DNA of 64,000 nucleotides from an uncultured Nitrospiraceae bacterium (GTDB lineage: Bacteria > Nitrospirota > Thermodesulfovibrionia > Thermodesulfovibrionales > Dissulfurispiraceae). The translations under genes were made by a program, and so were the position numbers. Under the pieces are notes generated by a model. That model saw only the letters and a program-made list of their open reading frames with translations. It was not told where the DNA came from and searched no databases. The first letter of the stretch is position 1. The number at the start of each line of letters is the position of its first letter. The stretch covers positions 64,001 through 128,000 of the forward strand of contig CAVPIW010000009.1 of the NCBI GenBank assembly GCA_963705105.1, written 5' to 3'. Positions 40,958-50,346 of this stretch are shown here, piece by piece.

Positions 40958-41368
40958 TCAGGGAGCCCTCCCGAGACGGTAGAACACATACGGTCCGATG
41001 AGCGTCCATAGCGGGATGAGCACCCAGACGCGGCCGACGAAAATGTTGTAGTCGTAAAGCACTGTGCTCCAGGGATTGCCCGCAATGAAACGGACCATGA
41101 CAATCTCGAATGCCAGCGTCATAACGAGCCACATGAACCCGATCTTCCAGGCCTCCCCGGACGACCGGATGGGCCAAAGCGACGCCAGCAGCCTGAAATA
41201 GAAAGCGAATAGGATCAGGAGGATAACGGTCGAGATCTGATGAGCCGGAAGGTAGCCCACGTATGGCTTGTACAGCATGTCCCGCAGCCCCCCGTTGAGC
41301 ACCGCCAGGACCATCATGCCGAACCAGCCCAGGAAATACCTGCGCATCACCTGTTTCATTCCTGTCAC
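40958..41368 (-). CDS. Conserved-looking membrane protein of unknown function
   Basis: About 4 TM segments, NG.LR motif; start overlaps the radical-SAM stop. Confidence 0.75.
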   Translation of the reverse strand: MTGMKQVMRRYFLGWFGMMVLAVLNGGLRDMLYKPYVGYLPAHQISTVILLILFAFYFRLLASLWPIRSSGEAWKIGFMWLVMTLAFEIVMVRFIAGNPWSTVLYDYNIFVGRVWVLIPLWTLIGPYVFYRLGRAP

Positions 41369-42486
41369 TCGAAAATCACATGTTCCATGGCCTTTTCAAG
41401 TCTCCTCCCTCTCATGCCGACCGCACGAAGGTCAGTCACCCTCCTTTCGGCCCGGGCAGTCAGAATTCTTCTCACCGTCTCCGGCCCGATCCCGGGGACC
41501 CTGAGCAACACCTCCCTGTCTGCGGTGTTGATCCTGACGGGAAAGAACTCGGAATGCCCCTCGGCCCAGATATCCTTCGGGTCCCTGTCGAGACGCAGAT
41601 TCCCCTGCCCGTCGAGCGGAATCTCCCCTGCAGAGAAGCCGTATTTCCTGAAGAGAAAGTCGGCCTGGTAGAGCCGGTGCTCGCGCATGAACGCATCTTC
41701 GCCGACCCGCGTGAACCATCGCTCGCCGGGGATGTCCGGCTCGCCCAGCCCCTTCTGGTAGGCCGAGAAGTAGACGCGTTTGAAGTTCAGGTTCCCGTAA
41801 AGATCCGACATGCTCCCGATGATCTCGCCGTCCGTCTCGTCTGCGGCGCCGACAATGAACTGTGTCGTGCACTTCACGCGCGAGAACCTGTTGCCCCTGC
41901 CGGTAAGTTTCCCCATGAGCCTGAGGGGGCGGACGATATCGTTCACGTAGTCTTTCCTGTTCGAAAGCAGGTCGAAGTGCCTTTTGGCGGGAGTCTCGAT
42001 GTTCAGCGACACTGCCGTGGCGAGCGAGAGGGCATCCTCTATGGCGCCGTCGGAGGCGCCGGGGATGATCTTCAGGTGGATGTAACCCTTGAACCGGTGA
42101 CGATACCTCAAGCTCCTGGCGACGGCATTGATGCGCTCCATCGTATATTCGGGGCTCCTCATGACCGCCGAACTGAGAAAGAGCCCGAAGGCCCTCTTCC
42201 GACTCAGGTATTCGAGAAAGACCCGGGCCACCTCTTCCGGTTCAAGCGCACACCGTTTTATATCGGCTTTTGAGCGGAGGGGGCAGTACTTGCAGTCGTT
42301 GATGCAGGCGTTCGAAAGGAGGGTTTTCAGGAGGACCGAGTATCCGCCCTGGGGAAGGGCAACGGGATAGAGCCACTTCCCGTCCTGTCCCCTCGACCTC
42401 CGGTCATCGTCCCTCGTGCCGCAGGCACAGGCGAGGTCATAGCGGGAGTCATCCGAAAGAATCTTGAGTTTTTCGATCGTCTCCAT
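41365..42486 (-). CDS. Radical SAM protein with C-terminal HhH (putative DNA modification/repair, TIGR03916-like)
   Basis: YDLACAC, CINDCKYC, REHRLYQADFL and LLRVPGIG motifs. Confidence 0.88.
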   Translation of the reverse strand: METIEKLKILSDDSRYDLACACGTRDDDRRSRGQDGKWLYPVALPQGGYSVLLKTLLSNACINDCKYCPLRSKADIKRCALEPEEVARVFLEYLSRKRAFGLFLSSAVMRSPEYTMERINAVARSLRYRHRFKGYIHLKIIPGASDGAIEDALSLATAVSLNIETPAKRHFDLLSNRKDYVNDIVRPLRLMGKLTGRGNRFSRVKCTTQFIVGAADETDGEIIGSMSDLYGNLNFKRVYFSAYQKGLGEPDIPGERWFTRVGEDAFMREHRLYQADFLFRKYGFSAGEIPLDGQGNLRLDRDPKDIWAEGHSEFFPVRINTADREVLLRVPGIGPETVRRILTARAERRVTDLRAVGMRGRRLEKAMEHVIFE

Positions 42487-42502
42487 GGCACATCCCCTTC
42501 CG

Positions 42503-43705
42503 TCAGCAGATGAGGTATACCCCCCTGCTGAGGTCGTCGCAAAAGACCCTGATGTCCGCAAACTCCCTCTCGATGACTTCCCGGACCTGCTTCCTTACGT
42601 GCGCGATCGTCTGCCCGCGTTCGAGGATGATTCGGGCAGAAGCCATCTGCGGCCGATCGATAGGGGTACCGATGCGGCTGAGCAGCAAAACGGAGACTTC
42701 CCTGATACCTTCGACGGATCCATAAATCTCTTTCGCGATCTTATGGGCGAGCACATTATAGATTTTGCCGACGTGGCTCACGGGATTCTTCCCCGCTGCC
42801 GCCTCCGTCCCCAGGGGCCTGCTGACGGAGATGATGCCGTTGACGCGGTTTCCCCTTCCAACCTGGCCGGAGTCTGCGTCTTCTGAGGAGGTGCCTGTCA
42901 GTGTCAGGTAGACGCCGCCCAGTCCCCGTTTTCTCTCATCGAGAGCGTTGTAGTGCACAGCCTGTTTATCGAATCCGCCGGCCCGCCCGACAAAGCCCCT
43001 TATCTCTTCCAGCACCCGTTCCTTCCGTCCGAAATACTCCTCTTCAGACCCGATGAACCGCGCGATGAGCGGCATGGCGACGGTCACATCGAGACGTTTC
43101 CCCACCCTGAGGCCCATCACCTTCACGTCCTCCCCCGTTTCAGGGAATGCCTCTTTGAAGGCCCGCGCGTTCAGATGCCGTTCGAGATCGAGGACGATCT
43201 GTTCCGTCGGGGTCAGCGGATAGTATCCCACCGCCGCCGAGGTGTCGTTTGCGCCCAGCACCTGACCCTGCCGGCTGAAGATGTCGCTCAGCTCCTCGGA
43301 ACCGGGCGAGAGCACGACCCGGTAATTGACACCCCTTTCCGGATCCACGAAACGGAGGTGCCTGTGCAACCAGTCCTTTGCCGCGGTGACGGCGATGTCT
43401 GCGACGGGAATCTCCTTGCCCGCGGCAGTGAACGTCGCCCTGTCGCCGATGATCAGCTCCATGGGACTGACGATCCTCCCGCCGCCGAAATGACGCTCGA
43501 CGGACCCTGCAGCGAGAAGACCCTTGTCGATATTGTGGTGCAGGATCGTCCCGAAAGCCTCCCGGTAGGCGGCGCAGAGGGCGACCGAAACGGCATCCAT
43601 AATGGAGTCGCACATCGTGTCCGGGTGGCCGATGCCCTTCCGCTCGACGATCTCCACCTTTCCGGCGGCGACGGGTCTTCCCCTGGTGCTTTCGATGACG
43701 ATCAT
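42503..43705 (-). CDS. Archaeal-type methionine adenosyltransferase
   Basis: VERKGIGHPD, ANDTS, GEDVKVMG, DSGQVGRGNR and GKNPVSHVGKIYN motifs. Confidence 0.92.
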   Translation of the reverse strand: MIVIESTRGRPVAAGKVEIVERKGIGHPDTMCDSIMDAVSVALCAAYREAFGTILHHNIDKGLLAAGSVERHFGGGRIVSPMELIIGDRATFTAAGKEIPVADIAVTAAKDWLHRHLRFVDPERGVNYRVVLSPGSEELSDIFSRQGQVLGANDTSAAVGYYPLTPTEQIVLDLERHLNARAFKEAFPETGEDVKVMGLRVGKRLDVTVAMPLIARFIGSEEEYFGRKERVLEEIRGFVGRAGGFDKQAVHYNALDERKRGLGGVYLTLTGTSSEDADSGQVGRGNRVNGIISVSRPLGTEAAAGKNPVSHVGKIYNVLAHKIAKEIYGSVEGIREVSVLLLSRIGTPIDRPQMASARIILERGQTIAHVRKQVREVIEREFADIRVFCDDLSRGVYLIC

Positions 43706-44058
43706 GGCTTCAGTTTATCATACTTGTCCGCCCTGCCTCTCGACTTCCCGACGGGGTATCTCAGCTCATTCTGCCTGATCTTGTCTTTGACGGCGGCGGC
43801 GAGATCTATGCCGAGGTCATGGGACAGGAGGAGTATGTAGATGGCAATGTCCGCAATTTCTTCTTTCACCCTTGCCATACCCTCACCGGCCAGGTGCGCC
43901 TTCACTTCGTCATCGGTCTTCCACTGAAAGACTTCAAGCAGCTCGGCAGCCTCGAGGACGACGGAGACGGCGAGGTCCTTGGGACGATGAAACTGCTCCC
44001 AGTCCCGCTCTTTGCGGAACTGCAGGAGCATATCCGTCATTTCCCTTATATCGCTCAT
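43702..44058 (-). CDS. MazG-like all-alpha NTP pyrophosphohydrolase
   Basis: RDWEQFH.PK.L, E..ELLE.FQW, EE.AD and N..RYP motifs. Confidence 0.9.
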   Translation of the reverse strand: MSDIREMTDMLLQFRKERDWEQFHRPKDLAVSVVLEAAELLEVFQWKTDDEVKAHLAGEGMARVKEEIADIAIYILLLSHDLGIDLAAAVKDKIRQNELRYPVGKSRGRADKYDKLKP

Positions 44059-44303
44059 CACTCGTGTCCGAAACAACTAACAGCGAGACCGTGAAAACGA
44101 GGATAGGGTTTGGTTTCTGAAGCAAAATTCACGGGTAACGTGAACGGCGGCGGGAGTCGAAGGCGCAAGCCGCAGCGGGAGCCGCACAGTGTACCGGAGA
44201 AAGCAAAGGGTTTCATAACAAAGGCATACACATGAAAAGAGGGAGTTTATTTTGCGAAGAAATCATGCCCTATCCTCGTGTCAGATTATTTTGGACACCA
44301 GTG
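44059..44303. mobile_element. 245-bp MITE (family C) with 9-bp TSD ATCGCTCAT
   Basis: TSD at 44050-44058 and 44304-44312; TIR CACTCGTGTCCGAAA/TTTTGGACACCAGTG; subterminal IR ACGAGGATAGGG. Confidence 0.85.
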
Positions 44304-44314
44304 ATCGCTCATCA

Positions 44315-44353
44315 GAAAAGAAGAGCCCGGGGGAAGATCATAACCCCGGGCTC
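44315..44353 (-). terminator. Intrinsic terminator after dodecin
   Basis: GAGCCCGGGG...CCCCGGGCTC-TTCTTTTC. Confidence 0.7.
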
Positions 44354-44423
44354 GGAAGAATGAAGTGACATTTTAGTAATGCTACGGGCGTGCGAGCGGT
44401 CTGTGCCACCCGCCCCGGAAGGA

Positions 44424-44630
44424 TTAGCTGCCCTCGTATTTGAAGGAGAGTCTAAGCTTCGTGCGATACAGTGCAATCTTGCCGTTTTCGATTGTCACAT
44501 CCATCTCTTTAACCTCGGCGACACGGATCTCACGGAGCGACTTGGCTGCGGTCTCCACGGCGATTGCAGCAGCTTTCTCCCAGGATTCAGAGCTTGTTCC
44601 CACGAGATCGATAAACCTGTAAACTGACAT
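44424..44630 (-). CDS. Dodecin-family protein
   Basis: VY..I.LVGTS.ESWE.A...A, LSFK. Confidence 0.9.
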   Translation of the reverse strand: MSVYRFIDLVGTSSESWEKAAAIAVETAAKSLREIRVAEVKEMDVTIENGKIALYRTKLRLSFKYEGS

Positions 44631-44848
44631 GTGCTCCTCCTTTCGCCCTGCCGGTCAGTAGGGCCTGCGGGCGTCTTCATATGATGGTTGTACTTTTCCC
44701 CCATGGATATGGGGATATTTGGTCACGTTTCCCTCAACAGCATCGACGGTAAACGGTTTCAGCCGGTTATCACGCCTCTGCCACCGCAGAAATTATAAAT
44801 GAAAACTTCGCCATAATCCAGCAAAAAGTTCTTATATGCCTATTAACG

Positions 44849-45054
44849 ACAGTGACAGTGTGAGTGTCAGTGTCAGTGAAGGACTTTTCTTCTATCGACT
44901 ATTTACGAGTGACTCAGTCTTATATGGATGCCCATTCCCACAGATCATTTCGGGCAAAAGACTGAAAAAGGCGAACCTTTCACTGGCACTCGCACTGTCA
45001 CTGACACTTTACCTTTTCAGAGCGCTTTGCCCGCCTTTTCATGCGACTGAAAGG
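44849..45054. repeat. Inverted hexamer-repeat pair followed by a family-A terminus
   Basis: ACAGTGACAGTGTGAGTGTCAGTG at 44849-44878 versus CACTGGCACTCGCACTGTCACTG at 44981-45008; ends ATGCGACTGAAAGG. Confidence 0.65.
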
Positions 45055-45059
45055 TTACT

Positions 45060-45572
45060 CTATCCCGCTGCGGGGCGTTCTTTCGTAAACGTCAGGACGC
45101 AGCACTCCCCGCCCCTGCAGAGGCGGTCTCCGAGGTCGAACCGGATGTCGTCACCGAACTCGGCGGCCCAGACGGAATATTCTCTCGAACAGATGACGCC
45201 GCCGATCGTTCCGGACAGGTGCTCCCGCTTCGATTTCACGAGGAGGTCGTGCCAGACGCAGTGGCCGATGTGCATGTCGAAACCGTCGGGACGCTGCTCC
45301 GTGCTGAACCTGAACCCATCAATCGACAGCTTCGTCGTCAGGCAAGCAAGCAGGTTGCCGATGCCGTCGCCTCTCTTCATGAGTTGCCGCAGCATGCGGG
45401 CCTGGATCTTCGGCATGACGCCCCAGACGTCCAGGTCGATGTCGAGGGCGCGGTCGAAACCGTAGGCTTCCTCCACCTTCATGAACCATAGACCGTCAAC
45501 AGCCGTATAGCTCCTGTGGAGATAGGCGGCGAGCTGTTCGGCGTTGAGACCGGGCACGGGCCCTTCACTCAT
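45060..45572 (-). CDS. DUF6125/V4R-like small-ligand-binding protein
   Basis: AVDGLWF..VE..YG...A..ID..VW and conserved Cys residues. Confidence 0.7.
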   Translation of the reverse strand: MSEGPVPGLNAEQLAAYLHRSYTAVDGLWFMKVEEAYGFDRALDIDLDVWGVMPKIQARMLRQLMKRGDGIGNLLACLTTKLSIDGFRFSTEQRPDGFDMHIGHCVWHDLLVKSKREHLSGTIGGVICSREYSVWAAEFGDDIRFDLGDRLCRGGECCVLTFTKERPAAG

Positions 45573-46776
45573 TCGAGTAATCGCTCCTGCAGACCTGTCC
45601 TCCCGCAACGTCCGCCGATCCTGCCTTGCCGTAGGGCGACAGCGCCCTGAGGTCGCGGATGATCCCCGGCAGCACATCGATCACCCTGTCGACGTCGCCG
45701 TCGGTGTTGTACCTGCTCAGGGAGAACCGGACCGAGCCGTGTATGGCGGTATAGGGCACGCCCATGGCCCTCAGGACATGGCTCGGTTCGAGGGAGCCGG
45801 AAGTACAGGCGGAGCCTGAGGATGCACAGATGCCGAATTCGTCCAGCCTGAGCAGAATGGCCTCGCCTTCGACATATTGAAAGCTGATGTTGAGCGTGTT
45901 CGGCAGGCGGTGCTCCCTGTCTCCGTTGACGAGGGCATCGGGGCACCTGTCGAGGAGTTCCCTTTCGAGCCTGTCTCTCAGCCGCGAGATATGGGCGGAT
46001 TCTGCGCCCACGTCCTTCGCTGCAAGTTCGCAGGCCTTGCCGAGGCCGATGATGGAGGCGACGTTCTCCGTGCCTGCACGTCTTCCATGCTCCTGGTGTC
46101 CGCCGACGAGATAGGGGGAAAAACGCGTCCCCCTCCTCACATAAAGCACGCCGATCCCTTTCGGCGCATGGAGTTTGTGACCTGACAGGGAGATCATGTC
46201 AACGGGAAGTTTCTTCACGTCGAGAGGGATCTTTCCCGCTACCTGGACCGCGTCGGTATGAAAGAGGATGCCGCGGTCCCTCACCATCTCCCCGACCTCC
46301 TGGATGGGGAAGATGACACCCGTCTCATTGTTCGCAAACATGACCGACACGATTGCGGTATCGTCGTCAAGTGTCTTGCCGAGGGCTTCGAGGTCGAGCC
46401 TGCCGAGGCCGTCGACGGGGATGAACGTCACCCTGTATCCCCTGCGCGCCAGTCTTTTTCCGACATTGTACACGGCCGGGTGTTCGACCCTCGTGGTGAT
46501 GACGTGTTTTCTCTTCGAATAGGATTCGACGGCGCTCATGATCGCCGTATTGTCGCTCTCGGTGCCGCAGCTCGTGAAGATGATCTCCTCCGGCTCGGCC
46601 CCTATGAGTGAGGAGACCTTCTGCCTCGCCTCTTCGACCTTCCTGTGCAGCTGACCGCCGAAGGTATGCATGCTCGACGGGTTGCCGTAGAGGTCCGTGA
46701 AATAGGGGAGCATCTCGGCGAGGACTTCCGGCGCCACGGCCGTCGTCGCATTGTTGTCGAGATACACAGGTTTCAC
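45565..46776 (-). CDS. nifS: Cysteine desulfurase
   Basis: YLDNNATT, SGHK and SSGSACTS motifs. Confidence 0.95.
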   Translation of the reverse strand: MKPVYLDNNATTAVAPEVLAEMLPYFTDLYGNPSSMHTFGGQLHRKVEEARQKVSSLIGAEPEEIIFTSCGTESDNTAIMSAVESYSKRKHVITTRVEHPAVYNVGKRLARRGYRVTFIPVDGLGRLDLEALGKTLDDDTAIVSVMFANNETGVIFPIQEVGEMVRDRGILFHTDAVQVAGKIPLDVKKLPVDMISLSGHKLHAPKGIGVLYVRRGTRFSPYLVGGHQEHGRRAGTENVASIIGLGKACELAAKDVGAESAHISRLRDRLERELLDRCPDALVNGDREHRLPNTLNISFQYVEGEAILLRLDEFGICASSGSACTSGSLEPSHVLRAMGVPYTAIHGSVRFSLSRYNTDGDVDRVIDVLPGIIRDLRALSPYGKAGSADVAGGQVCRSDYSNE

Positions 46777-47606
46777 GCCGTCTCCACGACGATGTCGCCG
46801 CTCACGAGTTCCCTCAGCTTCTCCTCGATCCCCTTGAGGGTCACGCCTCCCATGGGACAGGAGACGCACATTGCACGCAATGCGACGATGACCCTGTTTC
46901 CGTCGACGTCGATCAGTTCCAGGTCTCCCCCGTCGGCCTGGAGCATGGGCCTGATCTCTTTTTCGAGAATATCCTGGATGAGGGCGATCTTTTGGAGGTT
47001 CGTCAGTTTTTTCGGCGTCCCCGGTTTTTCGACAGAGGGCTTGACCGCCCACAGGTCTTTCAGGATCGCCTCGATGTCGTGAATGCAGGACCCGCAGCTT
47101 CCCCCGGCTTTCGTGAAAGCCGTGATGTCCTCGACCGTGGTCAGGTGATTTTCGAGGGCGACGCTCCTGATCTTCTCTTCCGTCACGATGAAGCACTTGC
47201 AGACGACCTTTATGCCCGTGTCAGGCTCCATCTTGACGCCGCGATAGTTCTCGATTGCGGCCTCGAGGGCCTCCCTGCCCATGACGGAGCAGTGCATCTT
47301 CTCCCTCGGCAACCCGCCCAGGAATTCGGCAATGTCCTGATTGGACAGGGCCATGGCCTCCTCGACGGTCTTTCCCTTGATAAGCTCAGTAAGGGCCGAA
47401 GAGCTCGCAATTGCCGACGCGCACCCGAAGGTCTGGAACTTCGCATCGACGATCCTGCCCGTCTCCTTATCGATCCTGAGGGTGAGCCTGAGGGCGTCGC
47501 CGCAGACGATGCTGCCCACTTCGCCGACGGCGTCGGGGTTTTCGATCTCCCCGACGTTCTTCGGATGCAGAAAGAGGTCCCTTACTTTATCCGTGTAATC
47601 CCACAC
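46773..47606 (-). CDS. nifU: Three-domain Fe-S scaffold NifU
   Basis: CGD, FGC.SA, KMHCS, VCKC..CGSC and DGGD..CVSC motifs. Confidence 0.93.
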   Translation of the reverse strand: MWDYTDKVRDLFLHPKNVGEIENPDAVGEVGSIVCGDALRLTLRIDKETGRIVDAKFQTFGCASAIASSSALTELIKGKTVEEAMALSNQDIAEFLGGLPREKMHCSVMGREALEAAIENYRGVKMEPDTGIKVVCKCFIVTEEKIRSVALENHLTTVEDITAFTKAGGSCGSCIHDIEAILKDLWAVKPSVEKPGTPKKLTNLQKIALIQDILEKEIRPMLQADGGDLELIDVDGNRVIVALRAMCVSCPMGGVTLKGIEEKLRELVSGDIVVETA

Positions 47607-47673
47607 CGTATCTTTTTACCAGAGATGAACAGTCTTGTCAACCTTAAAACTTGGTACCCCGGCCTGAAGAACT

Positions 47674-47757
47674 GTCATTGCCGCAACCCCGCACTTGATG
47701 CGGGGGCGTCGGCAATCCTTCCGAAAATCAGAAGGATTCCGGACAAGCCGGAATGAC
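47674..47757. repeat. GTCATT...GGAATGAC palindromic repeat
   Basis: Three nested hairpins ending ATTCCGGACAAGCCGGAATGAC. Confidence 0.65.
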
Positions 47758-47774
47758 CAGCGTCGAGCACTTCA

Positions 47775-47837
47775 CCCCCTCGTTGCATAGGAAGGCGGGG
47801 CAAATGCGCCGAAAACCCTGATGCGGCGACCCTGTTC
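47775..47837. mobile_element. Solo family-A terminus
   Basis: TTCA|CCCCCTCGTTGCATAGGAAGGCGGGGCAAATGCGCCGAAAACCC. Confidence 0.65.
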
Positions 47838-47874
47838 CGGCCGCCTCCGCTCACCAGCCGTACGACCCCATGCT

Positions 47875-50313
47875 CTATGAGCCCTCCTCCTCAGCCGATG
47901 ACCGTGCCTCGTCCTCGTTTTCCTTCCCCTTTCCCTTCTTTTCCATGATGTCGGCGATCTCGTCGAGCCGCTTCATGACGAGGAAATTGACGGTGTTTTC
48001 CGGATAGGTCCCGTCTTCCTGCAGCGCTCCGGCGGGCATCCCCGTGAGGATCTCGATGCCCTCTTCGATGCGATCTATCGGGTAGATCGAGAATTTCCCC
48101 GCGCTCACGGCGTCGAGCACCTCCTGTTTCAGCATGAGGTGCTTCACATTCCGCTTTGGGATGATGACGCCGTGGCTTCCGTCGAGTCCCCTGATCCTGC
48201 AGAGATCGAAGAAACCCTCTATCTTCTCGTTCACACCGCCGATGGGCTGAACGTCGCCGTTCTGGTCCATCGATCCCGTCAGGGCGATGCTCTGCTTGAG
48301 GGGGACGCCCCCTATACTGCTCAGCAGGGCATAGAGTTCGGCGCAGGTCGCACTGTCGCCCTCGATCATCTCGTAGAGCTGTTCGAAGGTGATGGATGCC
48401 GACAGGCTGAGAGGGCGTTTCGTCGCATAGGTGCTCCCCAGGTAGCTGGTGATGATCATGATCGCCTTCTCGTGGATCCTGCCGCTCATCTTCGTCTCCC
48501 TCTCGATGTTCACGATGCCCGCCTTGCCGATATAGGTGCGGGCCGAGATCCTCGAGGGCTTCCCGAAGCTGTAATCCCCGAGATCGAGAACGGCAAGGCC
48601 ATTCACCTGGCCGACTTTCTCTCCCGCTGTGTTGACGATGAGGGTGTCCTCGACGATCATTTCCCGGAGACGCTCTTCGATCCTGTTGGCCCTGAGCACC
48701 TTTTCATTGAGCGCCTTCACCACATGCCCGGACTGCACAACGGCGCTGTCCGCTTTCTTGGCCCAGTAGTGGGCCTCCCTGAGGAGGTCGGCAACGTCCC
48801 TGAACCTGGTCGAGAGCTTGTCCTGCTGCCCCGCCAGCCGGGCCCCGTATTCGACGATCTTCGCCACGCCGCCGCGATCGAAAGGAAGGAGCTTCTCCTC
48901 CCTCTGGAAATTGGCGATGAAAGCCACGTATTTCTGCATGTTTTCCGGCGTCCGGTCCATTCTCGTGTCGAAATCGGACTTGACCTTGAAAAGCTCCCGG
49001 TACTCGTCGTCGAGATTGTACAGGAGATAGTAGACGTTGGGATTGCCGATGAGGATGACCTTCACGTTCAGGGGGATCGGCTCCGGCTTGACTCCCGTCG
49101 TGCTGAGCAGGCGGTATTGCTCCCAGACGTCCTCGATCCTGATCTCCCGGTTCTTGATGGCACGCTTCAGTCCGTCGTAAGAGAAAATGTTTTTTAGGAG
49201 ATCCATGACGTTCACGACAAGATATCCGCCGTTGGCATGATGGAGGGAGCCGGCCTTGATCATCGAGAAATCGGTCATGGCCATGCCGTACTGGACCTTG
49301 TACTCGATCCTCCCCATGAGATTGAGATAGGTCGGGTTGCTTTCGAAGATGACGGGCGCTCCCGTCAGCCCTCCGTTGTTCACGACAACGTTTGCGGAGT
49401 ACTTGGCGAAGGAGACTTCCTGTTTCGGCATCTTCATGAAGGGCAGCGGCGGTGTCTGCTCCTCCTGGGGCTTGAAATCATCGAGATGAGACAGGACATC
49501 CTCCCGGACGGCATTCAGGTAATCGACGATCTTCTCGTGATCGCCGTACTTCGCCTGAAGCTCCTCGATGAGATGGCCCACCGCCCCCAGGGCGACCTCC
49601 CGTTCGAGCCTGCTCAGCATCTCCTTGACGAGTTTCTCCGCCTCCCTGACGGCGCGGACGATGTCGTCGAGCCGCTCCTGGAGCATTTTGCCGAGTTCCT
49701 CGATCTTCTTCCTCGTCTTGTCGTCGAGGGCTGCGAACTCTTCTTCCGTCAGGGATTCGCCGTTCTTTTTGATCGGGACGATGAGGAGACCCGCCACGGC
49801 CTTCCTGATTGCAAACCCCTTCTCCTGCGCCTCTTCCTCGAGGCTCGTGAAGAGCTCCTTCTGTTTCTGCTGAAACTCCTCGACGATCTTCGCCCGCTGC
49901 TTCTCATACTCCTTCGATTCAAATACCCGCGGGATGTCGAGCCGGAGGGTCTTGACGAAGTCCTCCATGTCTTTCTGGAACACCATGCCCCGGCCCGGCG
50001 TCAGCGATATGGCGAAGGGCGCGTCAGGGTCCTTGAAGTTGTAAACATAGCACCAATCCGGCGGAACGGGCTCCCGGGCCGCCTTGTCCCTGAGAAGCAG
50101 GCGCACGGACCTGAGCCTGCCGGTGCCGTTCTCGCCGAGGACAAAGATGTTGAACCCCCGGCTGTCGAGACTGAGACCGAAATCGAGGGATTGCAGAGCC
50201 CTTTCCTGGCCGATCGCCTCGACCGTATCGGTGATGTCTTCTGTTGTATCAAAGGTGAAAGCGCCCGGATCGCAACACTTATGGAGCTCTTCAGCCGTCA
50301 GCTTCGTTGCCAT
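47875..50313 (-). CDS. LonC-type (Lon-like) protease
   Basis: GQERAL, DWCYV.NF, ANGGYL, EGDSA and GGVNEKIEGF motifs. Confidence 0.9.
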   Translation of the reverse strand: MATKLTAEELHKCCDPGAFTFDTTEDITDTVEAIGQERALQSLDFGLSLDSRGFNIFVLGENGTGRLRSVRLLLRDKAAREPVPPDWCYVYNFKDPDAPFAISLTPGRGMVFQKDMEDFVKTLRLDIPRVFESKEYEKQRAKIVEEFQQKQKELFTSLEEEAQEKGFAIRKAVAGLLIVPIKKNGESLTEEEFAALDDKTRKKIEELGKMLQERLDDIVRAVREAEKLVKEMLSRLEREVALGAVGHLIEELQAKYGDHEKIVDYLNAVREDVLSHLDDFKPQEEQTPPLPFMKMPKQEVSFAKYSANVVVNNGGLTGAPVIFESNPTYLNLMGRIEYKVQYGMAMTDFSMIKAGSLHHANGGYLVVNVMDLLKNIFSYDGLKRAIKNREIRIEDVWEQYRLLSTTGVKPEPIPLNVKVILIGNPNVYYLLYNLDDEYRELFKVKSDFDTRMDRTPENMQKYVAFIANFQREEKLLPFDRGGVAKIVEYGARLAGQQDKLSTRFRDVADLLREAHYWAKKADSAVVQSGHVVKALNEKVLRANRIEERLREMIVEDTLIVNTAGEKVGQVNGLAVLDLGDYSFGKPSRISARTYIGKAGIVNIERETKMSGRIHEKAIMIITSYLGSTYATKRPLSLSASITFEQLYEMIEGDSATCAELYALLSSIGGVPLKQSIALTGSMDQNGDVQPIGGVNEKIEGFFDLCRIRGLDGSHGVIIPKRNVKHLMLKQEVLDAVSAGKFSIYPIDRIEEGIEILTGMPAGALQEDGTYPENTVNFLVMKRLDEIADIMEKKGKGKENEDEARSSAEEEGS

Positions 50314-50346
50314 GTTTCCTCCTTCATCGCTGATTGTGCCTGTGCC

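Noticed and set aside
45565..47606. nifU/nifS as evidence of nitrogen fixation
   Set aside because: There is no nifHDK in the window, and NIF-type Fe-S systems are housekeeping in many anaerobes.
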